Of a stretch of DNA of 64,000 nt, positions 1 to 8,356 are shown piece by piece. Source of the stretch: an uncultured Candidatus Saccharibacteria bacterium (lineage in GTDB: Bacteria; Patescibacteriota; Doudnabacteria; UBA920); the NCBI GenBank assembly GCA_964384035.1, contig CAYLIB010000002.1, positions 28,704-92,703 of the forward strand, read 5' to 3'. A program made the position numbers and the translations under genes. Below the pieces are notes generated by a model that worked only from the letters and a program-made list of their open reading frames with translations, was not told where the DNA came from and made no database searches. How positions within the stretch are numbered: position 1 is the first letter of the stretch; each line of letters opens with the position of its first letter.

Positions 1-459
1 AAAGTTAAAGATTCAGTTAATATTGTTGAGTTGATAAGAAAGCAGCTTACGAAGCAAAAGTCTCAAATCAATAAAAAGGATATTACATTAAGCATACCTG
101 AGTTAAGTGAGATGAAAGTAACAGGGGATCCAGTAGCCCTAGATATTCTTTTTGAAAACTTAATAGACAACGCAATTACCTATACGAACGACAAAGGTTA
201 TATAAAAATTTCAGTCGACCCACAAGGTGAAGGGGTAATTGTCTGCATAGAAGACAACGGAATAGGTATTACCAAAAAAGACCAGGGGAGTATTTTTAAC
301 CAGTTCTTCCGTGCTACTAATTCCATAGAAAAGAAAAACGTCGGCACCGGCTTGGGACTTTACATAAGTAGACTAATAATAGAAGGTCACAACGGAAAAA
401 TTTGGTTTGAGTCCGAACAAAACCAAGGCAGTAAATTCTATCTTTTGCTACCCAAATAA
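1..459 (+). CDS. sensor histidine kinase, C-terminal HATPase_c domain (5' partial; reading frame is open from position 1)
   Basis: Translation has the N-box/G-box features of a histidine-kinase ATPase (NLIDNAITYT...DNGIGI...GTGLGLYISRLIIEGHNGKIWFES). The frame is open to the window start, so the gene begins upstream. Confidence 0.8.
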   Translation, partial: KVKDSVNIVELIRKQLTKQKSQINKKDITLSIPELSEMKVTGDPVALDILFENLIDNAITYTNDKGYIKISVDPQGEGVIVCIEDNGIGITKKDQGSIFNQFFRATNSIEKKNVGTGLGLYISRLIIEGHNGKIWFESEQNQGSKFYLLLPK

Positions 460-494
460 TCCTTATATTTTTCAATTCACGCCAAAAGAAAAAA

Positions 495-518
495 CCGCCA
501 CAAGGCGGTCTTTTCTTT
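495..518 (+). terminator. intrinsic terminator after the histidine kinase gene
   Basis: Hairpin ccgcc-acaa-ggcgg followed by tcttttcttt. Confidence 0.6.
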
Positions 519-533
519 GGTCGGGGTGCTGGG
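517..533. repeat. 17-bp direct copy of the 3' end of tRNA-Pro (ttggtcggggtgctggg), also present at 608-624
   Basis: Exact 17-nt match to the CCA end, acceptor 3' strand and start of the T-stem of the minus-strand tRNA-Pro, about 75 bp from the intact gene. This is att-site-like. Confidence 0.6.
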
Positions 534-570
534 TTGGCTATGTAACGATTCCCTTAACGCGCCCGGCTAC

Positions 571-600
571 AAAAACAAATAAGCCAGCCAAAGGCTGACT
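571..600 (-). terminator. intrinsic terminator downstream of tRNA-Pro (minus strand)
   Basis: On the minus strand, stem agtcagcc / ggctggct (one G-U pair) with loop ttt, followed by tatttgttttt. Confidence 0.5.
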
Positions 601-608
601 TATCTGCT

Positions 609-682
609 TGGTCGGGGTGCTGGGAATCGAACCCAGTCTACTCGGTCCCAAACCGAGCGTACTACCGGTATACTACACCCCG
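609..682 (-). tRNA. tRNA-Pro(TGG)
   Basis: Minus-strand cloverleaf: acceptor CGGGGTG/CACCCCG, D-arm GTAT-ACCGGTA-GTAC, anticodon arm CTCGG-TTTGGGA-CCGAG (anticodon TGG, U33, G37), T-arm CTGGG-TTCGATT-CCCAG, discriminator A and encoded CCA. Length 74 nt. Confidence 0.9.
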
Positions 683-1090
683 AAAAAAATATTAAGTTTT
701 GGTTCGATTCCCTAGCGCCAAGGGCGCGAGAAGGGGAGGCTCCAAAAGGGCTTTGCCCGTTGGAGGGGACGACGTGAGTCCCTTATGAAGCATACCAGTC
801 TACTCGGTCCCAAACCGAGGGGACGTTCGGTATACTACACCCCGAAAAATATTTAGTTTTACTTACTTATGGTTCGATTCTAGCAGCAAGGCTGCGAGAA
901 GGGGAGTCTCGAAGTCAGCTTCGCTGATTCGAGGGGTGCTCTTGAAGGGATCAGGCTTCGCCTGTCCCTGCTCAATCCGGCGACGCTAGTCCCTCTATAG
1001 CAAAGGACTACCGGTATACTACACCCCGAAAGAATATTAAGTTGTTGATTCGATTCCCTAGCGCCAAGGGCGCGAGAAGGGAAGGTTCAA
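683..1090. repeat. three tandem units, each a tRNA-Pro 5'-portion fragment plus a conserved roughly 60-bp upstream block (putative tRNA promoter region)
   Basis: 796-844 copies tRNA positions 634-682 (anticodon arm through 5' acceptor) with a divergent D-arm. 1007-1028 copies 661-682 exactly. Conserved blocks occur at 683-740, 845-905 and 1029-1085 (ggttcgattcc...gcgcc-aag-ggcgc...gagaagggga). In the second copy the hairpin arms change to gcagc/gctgc, preserving pairing (covariation). Confidence 0.6.
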
Positions 1091-1262
1091 AGTTTTCTTC
1101 TCAACCCGTAAATATTAGCAAATACTCTAAAAAAAATAAAGGGATTCTTTACCGCGGCTAGTTTAATAGGAAAATAGTCAAATATCAAAAAATATTATGA
1201 AAATAATCAGTTGGATATCTGGTGTTAAAAGTCTTATACTTCATACAAAGGAGGTAAGTTTT

Positions 1263-1376
1263 ATGTATTTTTTAACGATTTACAGCCCATCAGCGCTAGC
1301 GATGCTGGCCGTTTGCATGTGTATGCTATACAGAACTTATCAAGAAAGTAAGTTAAGAATTAGTCAAAGCCAATAA
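1263..1376 (+). CDS. small hydrophobic ORF (37 aa, MYFLTIYSPSALAMLAVCMCMLYRTYQESKLRISQSQ)
   Basis: Perfect SD (aaaggagg) 7 nt upstream of the ATG. It is absent from the ORF track only because of its length, so it remains speculative. Confidence 0.25.
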   Translation: MYFLTIYSPSALAMLAVCMCMLYRTYQESKLRISQSQ

Positions 1377-1394
1377 CAAGGCTTTTTATTTTTC

Positions 1395-1428
1395 ATAAAA
1401 AAAGACCTCGACCAGATGTCGAAGTTTA
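1395..1428 (-). terminator. intrinsic terminator of the minus-strand TPM gene
   Basis: On the minus strand, cttcgac-atctg-gtcgagg followed by tcttttttt. Confidence 0.55.
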
Positions 1429-1429
1429 A

Positions 1430-2224
1430 TTAGTCATCGCTTGAGCTAGCGCCACCCCCTCCAGAACTGCCGCCACCAAAACCACCCCAGCCACTCCCGC
1501 TCGAAGAAGATGAAGAAGACCAGGAACTTCCTGAATCGTATGAGCTACCAGAGGAGCTGATGTCTATCCCTAAGCGGTTCAGTATCCATAGGATAATCAG
1601 AAGCACGACAATAATTATCAATATTGTTAGTATTGGGTGACGAGCGAACCACGAAGGCTCCACCTTTGGTTTCTGTCCCGGTGGGTAAGCATGCGTGTCG
1701 AGGTGGTTCTTCACCTCGTGAGCAATGAGCACGAGTGCTTGCGAAAGTGCCCCAGTCTCTCCGGCTTTATACCGGGCAATAAGTGGTTTCCGTTTACCAA
1801 GTATTCCACCATCGCCCGCTGCACCATCGGTTAGCGCGTACTCCAAGCCATAACCCACTTCAATCCGCCATTTTTTTTCTTTGGCGGTGTAGAGAATGAG
1901 TATGCCTCGATCGCGGTCTTCGTTTGAGTAAGTGGTACCTTTCGGTCCAATGCCCCACTTTCGAAACAGGTCATTGGCGAAGTCCTCAACAGAACCCCAA
2001 CCTTCAATGTTGGGCACAGTCACGACTGCGATCTGAATATTTTTCGCTTTGTCGTAATCTTCAAGTTCTTTTTCGAGCGACTCTACATCGCTCTTTTGCA
2101 TGAGGCCCGCGAAGTCATTCACCAATTGCGGAGGGTTAGAAACCTCCGGCAGCTTTGCTTTGTTCTCGGCCATCGCTGTCAGTGAAAGAGCGAACATCGC
2201 CACAAGCAACATTATTTTTTTCAT
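1430..2224 (-). CDS. TPM-domain protein (TLP18.3/Psb32/MOLO-1 phosphatase-like fold) with signal peptide, C-terminal TM segment and Gly/Ser-rich tail
   Basis: NDFAGLM...LEKELEDYDKAKNIQIAVVTVPNIEGWGSVEDFANDLFRKWGIG is the typical TPM/DUF477 core. The likely true start is MKKIM at 2224 (GGAGGG SD) rather than the track start at 2239. The tail is an SSGSSYDSGSS..GGGG low-complexity region. Confidence 0.75.
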   Translation of the reverse strand: MKKIMLLVAMFALSLTAMAENKAKLPEVSNPPQLVNDFAGLMQKSDVESLEKELEDYDKAKNIQIAVVTVPNIEGWGSVEDFANDLFRKWGIGPKGTTYSNEDRDRGILILYTAKEKKWRIEVGYGLEYALTDGAAGDGGILGKRKPLIARYKAGETGALSQALVLIAHEVKNHLDTHAYPPGQKPKVEPSWFARHPILTILIIIVVLLIILWILNRLGIDISSSGSSYDSGSSWSSSSSSSGSGWGGFGGGSSGGGGASSSDD

Positions 2225-2325
2225 TGAAAAACCCTCCAAAATTTGGTTTGTTCGAAAATTTTGCTGGTAAAACCGTTAATTATCGCACTTTTTGTCTATT
2301 TTGTCAATATTTTTATAAATACTAT

Positions 2326-2354
2326 TTGACATATTTTAAAAAAAATGCCATAAT
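2326..2354 (+). promoter_or_regulatory. sigma70-like promoter (TTGACA, 17 bp, CATAAT with upstream TG)
   Basis: ttgaca at 2326-2331 and cataat at 2349-2354, in the divergent intergenic region upstream of the 2403 TPM gene. Confidence 0.4.
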
Positions 2355-2402
2355 ATTATCTTATTTCAGTATCTTAACCACAACTTTACCTGGAGGTAGA
2401 TT

Positions 2403-3746
2403 ATGAATTTTCAGAAAATCATCGCACAAACAACTCTGTTTGTGTTGTTTGCAGTCCTTTCGGTGAATCTCGTTATCGCCCAAAGCCTTCCAAGACCCAA
2501 CGGTTATGTGAATGACTTCGCGGGGAAACTCACCGCCGAAGAGCGAGCTCATCTCGAAAACAAACTGGTGAATTTCGAAAAAAACACCAGCATTGAATTC
2601 GCTATTGCTGTGGTCCCTACCCTAGAAGGGCGAGCACCAAAAGACTTCACCGACAACCTGGCGAGAAGCTGGGGTTTGGGGAAGAAAGACAGGAACAATG
2701 GGATCCTGCTTGTTTGGGCGCCAGTCGAACGCCAAACCTACGCTACAGCAGGTGATGGTCTCCTGGAAGATATAAACAGTGAGGTCATAACAAGTCTGTT
2801 AAACGAGCAGATGAAGCCCTACTTCGTAAAAGGGTATTTCTTCGCCGGACTCGACGCGTTTACAAGCGCGGTTATTTCCCACCTCGGTGAATACCCATGG
2901 GAAAAACGCGCTGAAGTGCGGGGGTTGAATGCGCAGAAAGCGCGGGAAGAAGCCGAGAGGCAACATGAAAGTGACATCCTATTCATGAAAGTGGGTGGCA
3001 CCTTTCTGCTTATATGTGGAGTTTGTCTGTTACTCTACGCTCTCTATGACAACCGGCGTTCCGTTAATCAGCTCAAGGCTAGACTGGGTGTTATTGCCCA
3101 GAATCTAGATAAGGCTTTATCAGAACGGCAGTTAGTGAGGGGTTTAATAGCTTTGCTTAAGGAAGAAATCCCTAACCAAGATGTATCCGAACTCGAGTCA
3201 GAGTTCGAAAAACATCTTGGGAAAGTAGCTGAGTTGCGTTCTGAGCTCGAGTTATTGCTCGGTTCAAAGATCAAAAAAAACCACCGGGAGCAGATTAACG
3301 AGCTTGAGAAGAAGTCAGAAAAAGAGCGGGATCTGAAGAAGGCGATTGAACGCAAGATCGAAAAGATCAAGCACGCCAAAGCAGAAGTTGAAAAGCTGAT
3401 GGCTTCAATTGACCCGAAGATCTTCTCTACCGATGGTATGGAAATACACTCAGGAAGGGAAGAAGAAGTTGCCGAAATGCTCAGTACCGCGCGAGCGAAT
3501 TACGAACAAGGGGTCCAGCTCTTCGGGGTCTCCGGCCAAACGGTGGTGAATTTCCTCATCATCTACAGCCTGCTCTCTGACTCTGTCTCGGGCGCCGAGT
3601 CTGCAACAAACTACGCATCCGGCGCTTCCTCCTACTATTCAAGCAACAGTTCTTCCTACGGTGTCCAACCCTCCCAGCCCACCCAAACAATTAGTTTCGG
3701 CGGGGGAGGCGGCTTCGGCTCCGCAGGCGGAGGAATGAGCTACTAA
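2403..3746 (+). CDS. TPM-domain protein with signal peptide, TM segment, long coiled-coil region and Gly/Ser-rich C-terminus
   Basis: PNGYVNDFAGKLTAEERAHLENKLVNFEKNTSIEFAIAVVPTLEGRAPKDFTDNLARSWGLG is a TPM core. The central E/K/L-rich heptad-like segment and the SSYYSSNSSSYG...GGGGFGSAGGG tail follow. SD ggaggtaga. Confidence 0.75.
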   Translation: MNFQKIIAQTTLFVLFAVLSVNLVIAQSLPRPNGYVNDFAGKLTAEERAHLENKLVNFEKNTSIEFAIAVVPTLEGRAPKDFTDNLARSWGLGKKDRNNGILLVWAPVERQTYATAGDGLLEDINSEVITSLLNEQMKPYFVKGYFFAGLDAFTSAVISHLGEYPWEKRAEVRGLNAQKAREEAERQHESDILFMKVGGTFLLICGVCLLLYALYDNRRSVNQLKARLGVIAQNLDKALSERQLVRGLIALLKEEIPNQDVSELESEFEKHLGKVAELRSELELLLGSKIKKNHREQINELEKKSEKERDLKKAIERKIEKIKHAKAEVEKLMASIDPKIFSTDGMEIHSGREEEVAEMLSTARANYEQGVQLFGVSGQTVVNFLIIYSLLSDSVSGAESATNYASGASSYYSSNSSSYGVQPSQPTQTISFGGGGGFGSAGGGMSY

Positions 3747-3771
3747 ATCTTTGTCTACAGGAAAGGGAAAT

Positions 3772-4134
3772 ATGACAGTTCAAGTAGCAGATAAGTCAGC
3801 AATACTGTTTCGGTTTAGGCAACTGCTTTCACCTGGGCAATTCGTCGAGGACGCCCGAGTCGAGCGGGTCTGCGGAGCAAAGTTGCACCGCTTACTCAGG
3901 CCTTGGTTTTTTAGTAGTCGAGACTTTGCAGAGTCAGACTTGGTCAGCTTGCTCGTCAAATGCAAATTGGCCGAAAATGATGCGGAAGCAATGGAGATTA
4001 TTGAGCTTCTCTGCAACCGCTCAAATCGTATTGACTACCATAGGCTCTACGAATTCTACTTCATCCGGCAGACGGACAAAGCCGGAAAGGTAAATTACAG
4101 AATCGCCTACGATGATCCCAGTGAAGGGGATTGA
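3772..4134 (+). CDS. hypothetical protein (120 aa), GC-rich island gene
   Basis: ORF with SD (aggaaaggga) before the second ATG; no recognisable motif. The track ORF starts at 3751. Confidence 0.5.
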   Translation: MTVQVADKSAILFRFRQLLSPGQFVEDARVERVCGAKLHRLLRPWFFSSRDFAESDLVSLLVKCKLAENDAEAMEIIELLCNRSNRIDYHRLYEFYFIRQTDKAGKVNYRIAYDDPSEGD

Positions 4135-4139
4135 TTTTC

Positions 4140-4175
4140 AGCGCTAAATAGCCTCTATTTAGCGCTCTTTTTATA
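4140..4175 (+). terminator. intrinsic terminator
   Basis: agcgctaaata-gcctc-tatttagcgct followed by cttttt. Confidence 0.6.
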
Positions 4176-4184
4176 TTTTAAGTA

Positions 4185-4213
4185 TTGACAAAAACTCATT
4201 TTTAATTTATAAT
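4185..4213 (+). promoter_or_regulatory. near-consensus sigma70 promoter
   Basis: TTGACA at 4185-4190, 17-bp spacer, TATAAT at 4208-4213. Confidence 0.55.
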
Positions 4214-4302
4214 GTTTGGTTATCTCACGGCGTTAGCTAAGAAAATTCCAATTTTTGGTATCTGGCTTACGTGAATTTCTACAACAAAACGAGGGAATCA
4301 CA

Positions 4303-4983
4303 ATGAAATTGGCAAGATTATTTATTGACCTCGATGACTGCCTAATCAACACAGGCGCTATCATCGAAGCTCATAAGCAGATTTTGCTCCGCAATGGTGT
4401 TTCGCCAGAAGCGTTGGCCGAATACTTTGCGTCTCGGGGAAATGCACCGGACTATTACCGGTCACGCACGTTTTACCTTATGTCTAACGCGGAGGTTGTG
4501 AAAACTCTCTTCGGGCTGAATGAGGAGCAGGTAAAGCGAATCCTCGCCGAAACCACCGCTTTCATTTTCGACTTCAAGCGTTATATCTACGACGATGCTT
4601 GGTTCTTCCTCGAAACTTTCAAAGTCGACCCCAACACAGAAATAGTGCTTGTCACAGTCGGCGGAGAAGGCTGGCAGGGGATAAAGATAAGTGCTTCGGG
4701 TATCCAGCGTTACTTTACACGCGTTGCCATCACTGCCGGCGGTAAAAAACCAGACTCAATTGCGCAGATTCAGGCCGAAGAAGGTGATCAGGGGGTAATA
4801 ACTTACTTCCTCGACGACAAAGGAAGTGAGGTTGCGGGCGTCAAAAAAGCCTTCCCAGACATCACCTGCATTCACGTCAACCGAGGTGATGAAGCGCGCT
4901 ACGCGACCGATAAGTCTGAGAGTCATGACTACGTCGTGAAAGATCTGCGAGAGGCTGTAAACATTATCAAGACTCTGTCATAA
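4303..4983 (+). CDS. HAD-superfamily hydrolase (phosphatase-like)
   Basis: N-terminal FIDLDDCLINT is HAD motif I (DxDx[T/V]). The chosen start is MKLARLF at 4303 with a GAGGGA SD; the track ORF begins at 4255. Confidence 0.7.
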   Translation: MKLARLFIDLDDCLINTGAIIEAHKQILLRNGVSPEALAEYFASRGNAPDYYRSRTFYLMSNAEVVKTLFGLNEEQVKRILAETTAFIFDFKRYIYDDAWFFLETFKVDPNTEIVLVTVGGEGWQGIKISASGIQRYFTRVAITAGGKKPDSIAQIQAEEGDQGVITYFLDDKGSEVAGVKKAFPDITCIHVNRGDEARYATDKSESHDYVVKDLREAVNIIKTLS

Positions 4984-4999
4984 AAGACAGATTTTTTTA

Positions 5000-5029
5000 T
5001 TGACAAAAAAAACTTTTTATGATATAAAT
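5000..5029 (+). promoter_or_regulatory. sigma70-like promoter
   Basis: TTGACA at 5000-5005, 18-bp spacer, TATAAA at 5024-5029. Confidence 0.45.
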
Positions 5030-5083
5030 AAATTTAAATCCAAATAACTTTTGCAATGGTTAACCATAGGAGGAATTAGTTTT

Positions 5084-6256
5084 ATGACACCCACTTTTCA
5101 AATGGAGTCCATTCTGAGGCTAGTTATGAGCGAGCAGGTGGACAGAGCGGAAGCGATCGCGCGACTGAATAAAGAACTATCTAACTGGGGAAATGAGAGT
5201 CTTATTAGGCTCTACACCCAAGCTGTGGAAGACCAAAACTTCTATCTTTCCGCCGAACGTGTAGACGCGTTTCATATTCTCTGTAATTTGCTGGTGTCCC
5301 GAAGGTTAATTAGTATGCGGGAATTCCAAGCAAGAAAGAATATGACTGTCCTATACAATGTTGGTTTCAGTCAGAGCGGTCTTCCTCTGGATATGGAAAC
5401 TGGCGAAGACCTGACCGAAGTTCTGAAGATATACAGTCTTATGAAATTTGGCTCAGTAGCCGACATTGCGTGGTTCGCGAAGAAGGTTTCCGAACGAATC
5501 ATCCAGGGTCTGGTTTCTGGTCAGAGCATCTTGACTGTATTCGAGAAAGCACGCAGTCAAAACCAATACGTGGCTCTGCTCTCGCCGGGTTCCAGGAACG
5601 TCAGGCTTGCGCAAGACTTGGTCTACGTTCAAGTAGTTAAGAAAGTGAATGTTTGGCTAGCTTTAAACGGGTACCCAACCATTATGCTCGTAAGAGCACC
5701 CCGCTTTCAGTCCTCAAAGGCAAATTACGCCGAACTTAGCGTAGCCGAGAGGTTAAGAGAAATGCGAGAGGTCTTACCGGGCGACGACTTCTTCTCCCGT
5801 GGTGTGCACCTGCTTTTCTCCGACGATGTTCGCATTACTGGTGCATCGGCAGATTGGACAGAGATTAACTGTCTCAACAGAGGTGGTTTATCTTTCGGAT
5901 CCATTTTCTGCATGGCCGTAGATCCACTCTTGGTTCAAGACGATCCCGGGGTAGAACAACGCATTAACCACTTTCATGTAACCCCTAAGCTGGACTCAAC
6001 AACCGCATACATATTGAATCAGCCTGGATTCATTCCGGTCCAGCGCTTACTGAGACTCCTGCTGAATGTCTCAAATCGAGAAAGTCTCGCTGGTTTCCTT
6101 GGTGGGGTTTATGACCATGCGTTGGTTGAAGTCTATAGTGGTGCTATGTCGAATGACTACCTGGCCGACGATCGGTACGCTCCCTCGCTCGATATTTGGA
6201 AGAAAGAGTTGCATCGTCGAAATCTCGTAGACAGTAATGGATTGTTGCTGGGTTAG
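5084..6256 (+). CDS. phosphoribosyltransferase (PRTase)-like protein, paralogous to the C-terminal two-thirds of the next gene
   Basis: Contains a PRPP-binding-type motif LLFSDDVRITGAS (four hydrophobics, DD, xxTG) and SPGSRNV. Collinear similarity to the downstream protein (YSLMKFGSVADIAWFAKKV vs YSLMKFGGVHEVKWFASRV; LNQPGFIPVQRLLRLLL vs LNQPDFRPVQRMLRLIL). The start is ATG 5084 after AGGAGG. Confidence 0.6.
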   Translation: MTPTFQMESILRLVMSEQVDRAEAIARLNKELSNWGNESLIRLYTQAVEDQNFYLSAERVDAFHILCNLLVSRRLISMREFQARKNMTVLYNVGFSQSGLPLDMETGEDLTEVLKIYSLMKFGSVADIAWFAKKVSERIIQGLVSGQSILTVFEKARSQNQYVALLSPGSRNVRLAQDLVYVQVVKKVNVWLALNGYPTIMLVRAPRFQSSKANYAELSVAERLREMREVLPGDDFFSRGVHLLFSDDVRITGASADWTEINCLNRGGLSFGSIFCMAVDPLLVQDDPGVEQRINHFHVTPKLDSTTAYILNQPGFIPVQRLLRLLLNVSNRESLAGFLGGVYDHALVEVYSGAMSNDYLADDRYAPSLDIWKKELHRRNLVDSNGLLLG

Positions 6257-6271
6257 TAATATGTATTTACC

Positions 6272-6297
6272 TATGCTTGGAGCATAGGTTCTTTTTT
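6272..6297 (+). terminator. intrinsic terminator
   Basis: cctatgct-tgga-gcatagg followed by ttcttttttt. Confidence 0.6.
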
Positions 6298-6305
6298 TGT
6301 AAAAA

Positions 6306-6334
6306 TTGACAAAAACCCATTTTTAAAGTATAAT
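6306..6334 (+). promoter_or_regulatory. near-consensus sigma70 promoter
   Basis: TTGACA at 6306-6311, 17-bp spacer, TATAAT at 6329-6334. Confidence 0.55.
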
Positions 6335-6484
6335 CAGCCGTTTAAATTGTGTGTATTTATAATCGGCAGTGCTAATTTCCGCTGAATAAGCTGTTTGCAC
6401 GGCACTCTTTTTCAGTAGCTAAAGTTCTTTAGCTTCTGAAAATCGGTTTTTCTAAAAGAATACAAAATTTGGAGGAAAGGAAAA

Positions 6485-8332
6485 ATGGATTCAAGACAAA
6501 GATTCGCGAGTCTCGCCGTCCATACCATCAATCAGCCCAACGAATTAAGTCATCCGTTTCAACAGCGTTACAGCCGAATGAAGCACGGTGACCCTAAGGC
6601 CATTGTGGAATCGGCCGGCAAGCTGATTTACGCAATGAAGCAGGATCCGGTTATCGCCGAAGCAATCGAAAGAGGCGACGACATCATCCTGACATCATCT
6701 GCCTTCGGAAGTGTACCCACGGCGATCTATGCAGTAGTCTTAGCAATGGTTCCGCAACTCGCGGAAATCGGCGTTAAGGCTGAAGTTGTTAAAATCAATC
6801 GTTCAGGCAACTTCCGGGTAAACAACTACGGAAGTATGAACGCCACCGAAAGAGGCGCAAGTCTCAAAGAAAGAAAAATCAGTCTTTCCGAGGAGGACCT
6901 CAACAGGATCAGGGGCAAGCTCGTGGTGGTCGTGGACGATATTAAAGTCACGGGTAGTCACGAAATCGCTATTACCCAACTCCTTGAAAGCACGGAAGTC
7001 CGCTTGGTCAGGTTCTGCTACTTAGTAAGTTTTACAAAAGAACTAGCAGAAACCTTCCCACAAGCCGAAGACCTCTTCAATAGCGCTGTCGTGCGCACAC
7101 TCGCAGACCTGCTTCATTTCACCAACGATGAGTTTGTGGTTAACGCCCGGACCATCAAAATGATTTTGTCTACAAAGGAATACGTGGACAAAACCAAGGC
7201 TGAAATGCTCGCCGATCTCTACGAGTATCTGGCCCACGACGACGACCAAACAATTCTGAAGTTCTACCGCGCGGCCACTTCCGAAGATGGCTATTGCTAC
7301 TTCCCCGAGTACGTTGACGGCTTCCATGTGCTTGCAAACGTCGCGATAGCTCGGGGTCTCGTTTCACTCAAAGAGTTCCAGCAAGTTAAAAATGCTGTTG
7401 TGGTCAACAACCTCACGGTTGGCGGCCGTGGTACGTACTTGGATGTAGACTCAGGCGATAACCTGGGTGAGACAACGCGCATGTATAGCCTAATGAAGTT
7501 CGGTGGCGTGCATGAAGTTAAGTGGTTCGCCAGTCGTGTAGCCAAGCAGGTAATAGGCGAACTCAAAACGCCAGGCAGTGGCTTCAGGAAACTCTTCGAG
7601 CGAGCAAGGGACAACAACGAACATGTGGTTATGCTTACTCCGGGTTCAAGGAACGTTGTGTCTGCACAACATTCCATTTTTGAAACCGCGGTTAAGTCTA
7701 TAAACGCGTGGTTAGCACTTAACGGATACCCGACAATCATCTTCTGTAAGTTGACCCGATTTTCTTCAGGCGCAGCTAACTACTCTGAGCTGAGCGTGTC
7801 GGAGAGGGTTAAGGAACAGCGCAGTAAAGGTTTAGGAGTATCTGCACTACCTAGCGAAGCTTTTTTTGCTCCAGGGGTACATATCATTTTCGCAGATGAT
7901 GTTCGTATCTCAGGGGCTTCCGCGGATCATTTCGAGATTCATGCGTTACTGCATGGTGCCCTGTCATGCAGTTCCATCTACTGTCTGATGGTCGATCCTC
8001 GTATCGCCATCGCCAATCCGGCATTCGAAAACGAGCTGAATCAGGTCGTCATTAAGGGTGGTTTGGATGATCAAGTTGCCTACATCCTTAATCAGCCAGA
8101 TTTCAGACCCGTTCAAAGAATGCTCCGACTCATTCTTCAAGAATCGAACAGGGGAACGCTGGCTACTTTCTTAGAGAACCTCGCCTCTACCGAAGCAATC
8201 TCTCGTATCTACGTGGCTGCTTTAGAAAGCGAGTTCTATCAAGATAGTCGTTACAGAGATTCCGTTCCTTTACTTTCTGCCGAGCTACGGAAACGTGGGG
8301 TATTGGATGAAGACGGTTTGGTAATTTGCTAG
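6485..8332 (+). CDS. fusion protein with two PRTase-type domains (N-terminal PRTase plus a module homologous to the preceding gene)
   Basis: The N-terminal domain carries the classic PRPP loop KLVVVVDDIKVTGSH. The C-terminal module carries IIFADDVRISGAS and aligns with the 5084-6256 product. SD ggaggaaagg. Confidence 0.65.
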   Translation: MDSRQRFASLAVHTINQPNELSHPFQQRYSRMKHGDPKAIVESAGKLIYAMKQDPVIAEAIERGDDIILTSSAFGSVPTAIYAVVLAMVPQLAEIGVKAEVVKINRSGNFRVNNYGSMNATERGASLKERKISLSEEDLNRIRGKLVVVVDDIKVTGSHEIAITQLLESTEVRLVRFCYLVSFTKELAETFPQAEDLFNSAVVRTLADLLHFTNDEFVVNARTIKMILSTKEYVDKTKAEMLADLYEYLAHDDDQTILKFYRAATSEDGYCYFPEYVDGFHVLANVAIARGLVSLKEFQQVKNAVVVNNLTVGGRGTYLDVDSGDNLGETTRMYSLMKFGGVHEVKWFASRVAKQVIGELKTPGSGFRKLFERARDNNEHVVMLTPGSRNVVSAQHSIFETAVKSINAWLALNGYPTIIFCKLTRFSSGAANYSELSVSERVKEQRSKGLGVSALPSEAFFAPGVHIIFADDVRISGASADHFEIHALLHGALSCSSIYCLMVDPRIAIANPAFENELNQVVIKGGLDDQVAYILNQPDFRPVQRMLRLILQESNRGTLATFLENLASTEAISRIYVAALESEFYQDSRYRDSVPLLSAELRKRGVLDEDGLVIC

Positions 8333-8356
8333 ATCAAATTCATCCAGGGGTAAAGA

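Noticed and set aside
407-598. 63-aa plus-strand ORF spanning the histidine kinase terminator and the tRNA-Pro 3' repeat
   Set aside because: It runs through an intrinsic terminator hairpin and tRNA-derived sequence. It is not coding.
683-1090. Possibility that the tRNA-like repeats are additional functional tRNAs or a CRISPR-like array
   Set aside because: The copies lack T-arms that pair and lack acceptor 3' strands, so they cannot fold as tRNAs. Units are about 160-185 bp with variable inter-unit sequence, not short identical repeats with unique spacers. There are no cas genes.
7297-7740. 147-aa minus-strand ORF within the double-PRTase gene
   Set aside because: It is antisense to a frame with clear PRTase motifs and RBS. 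There is no independent signal.
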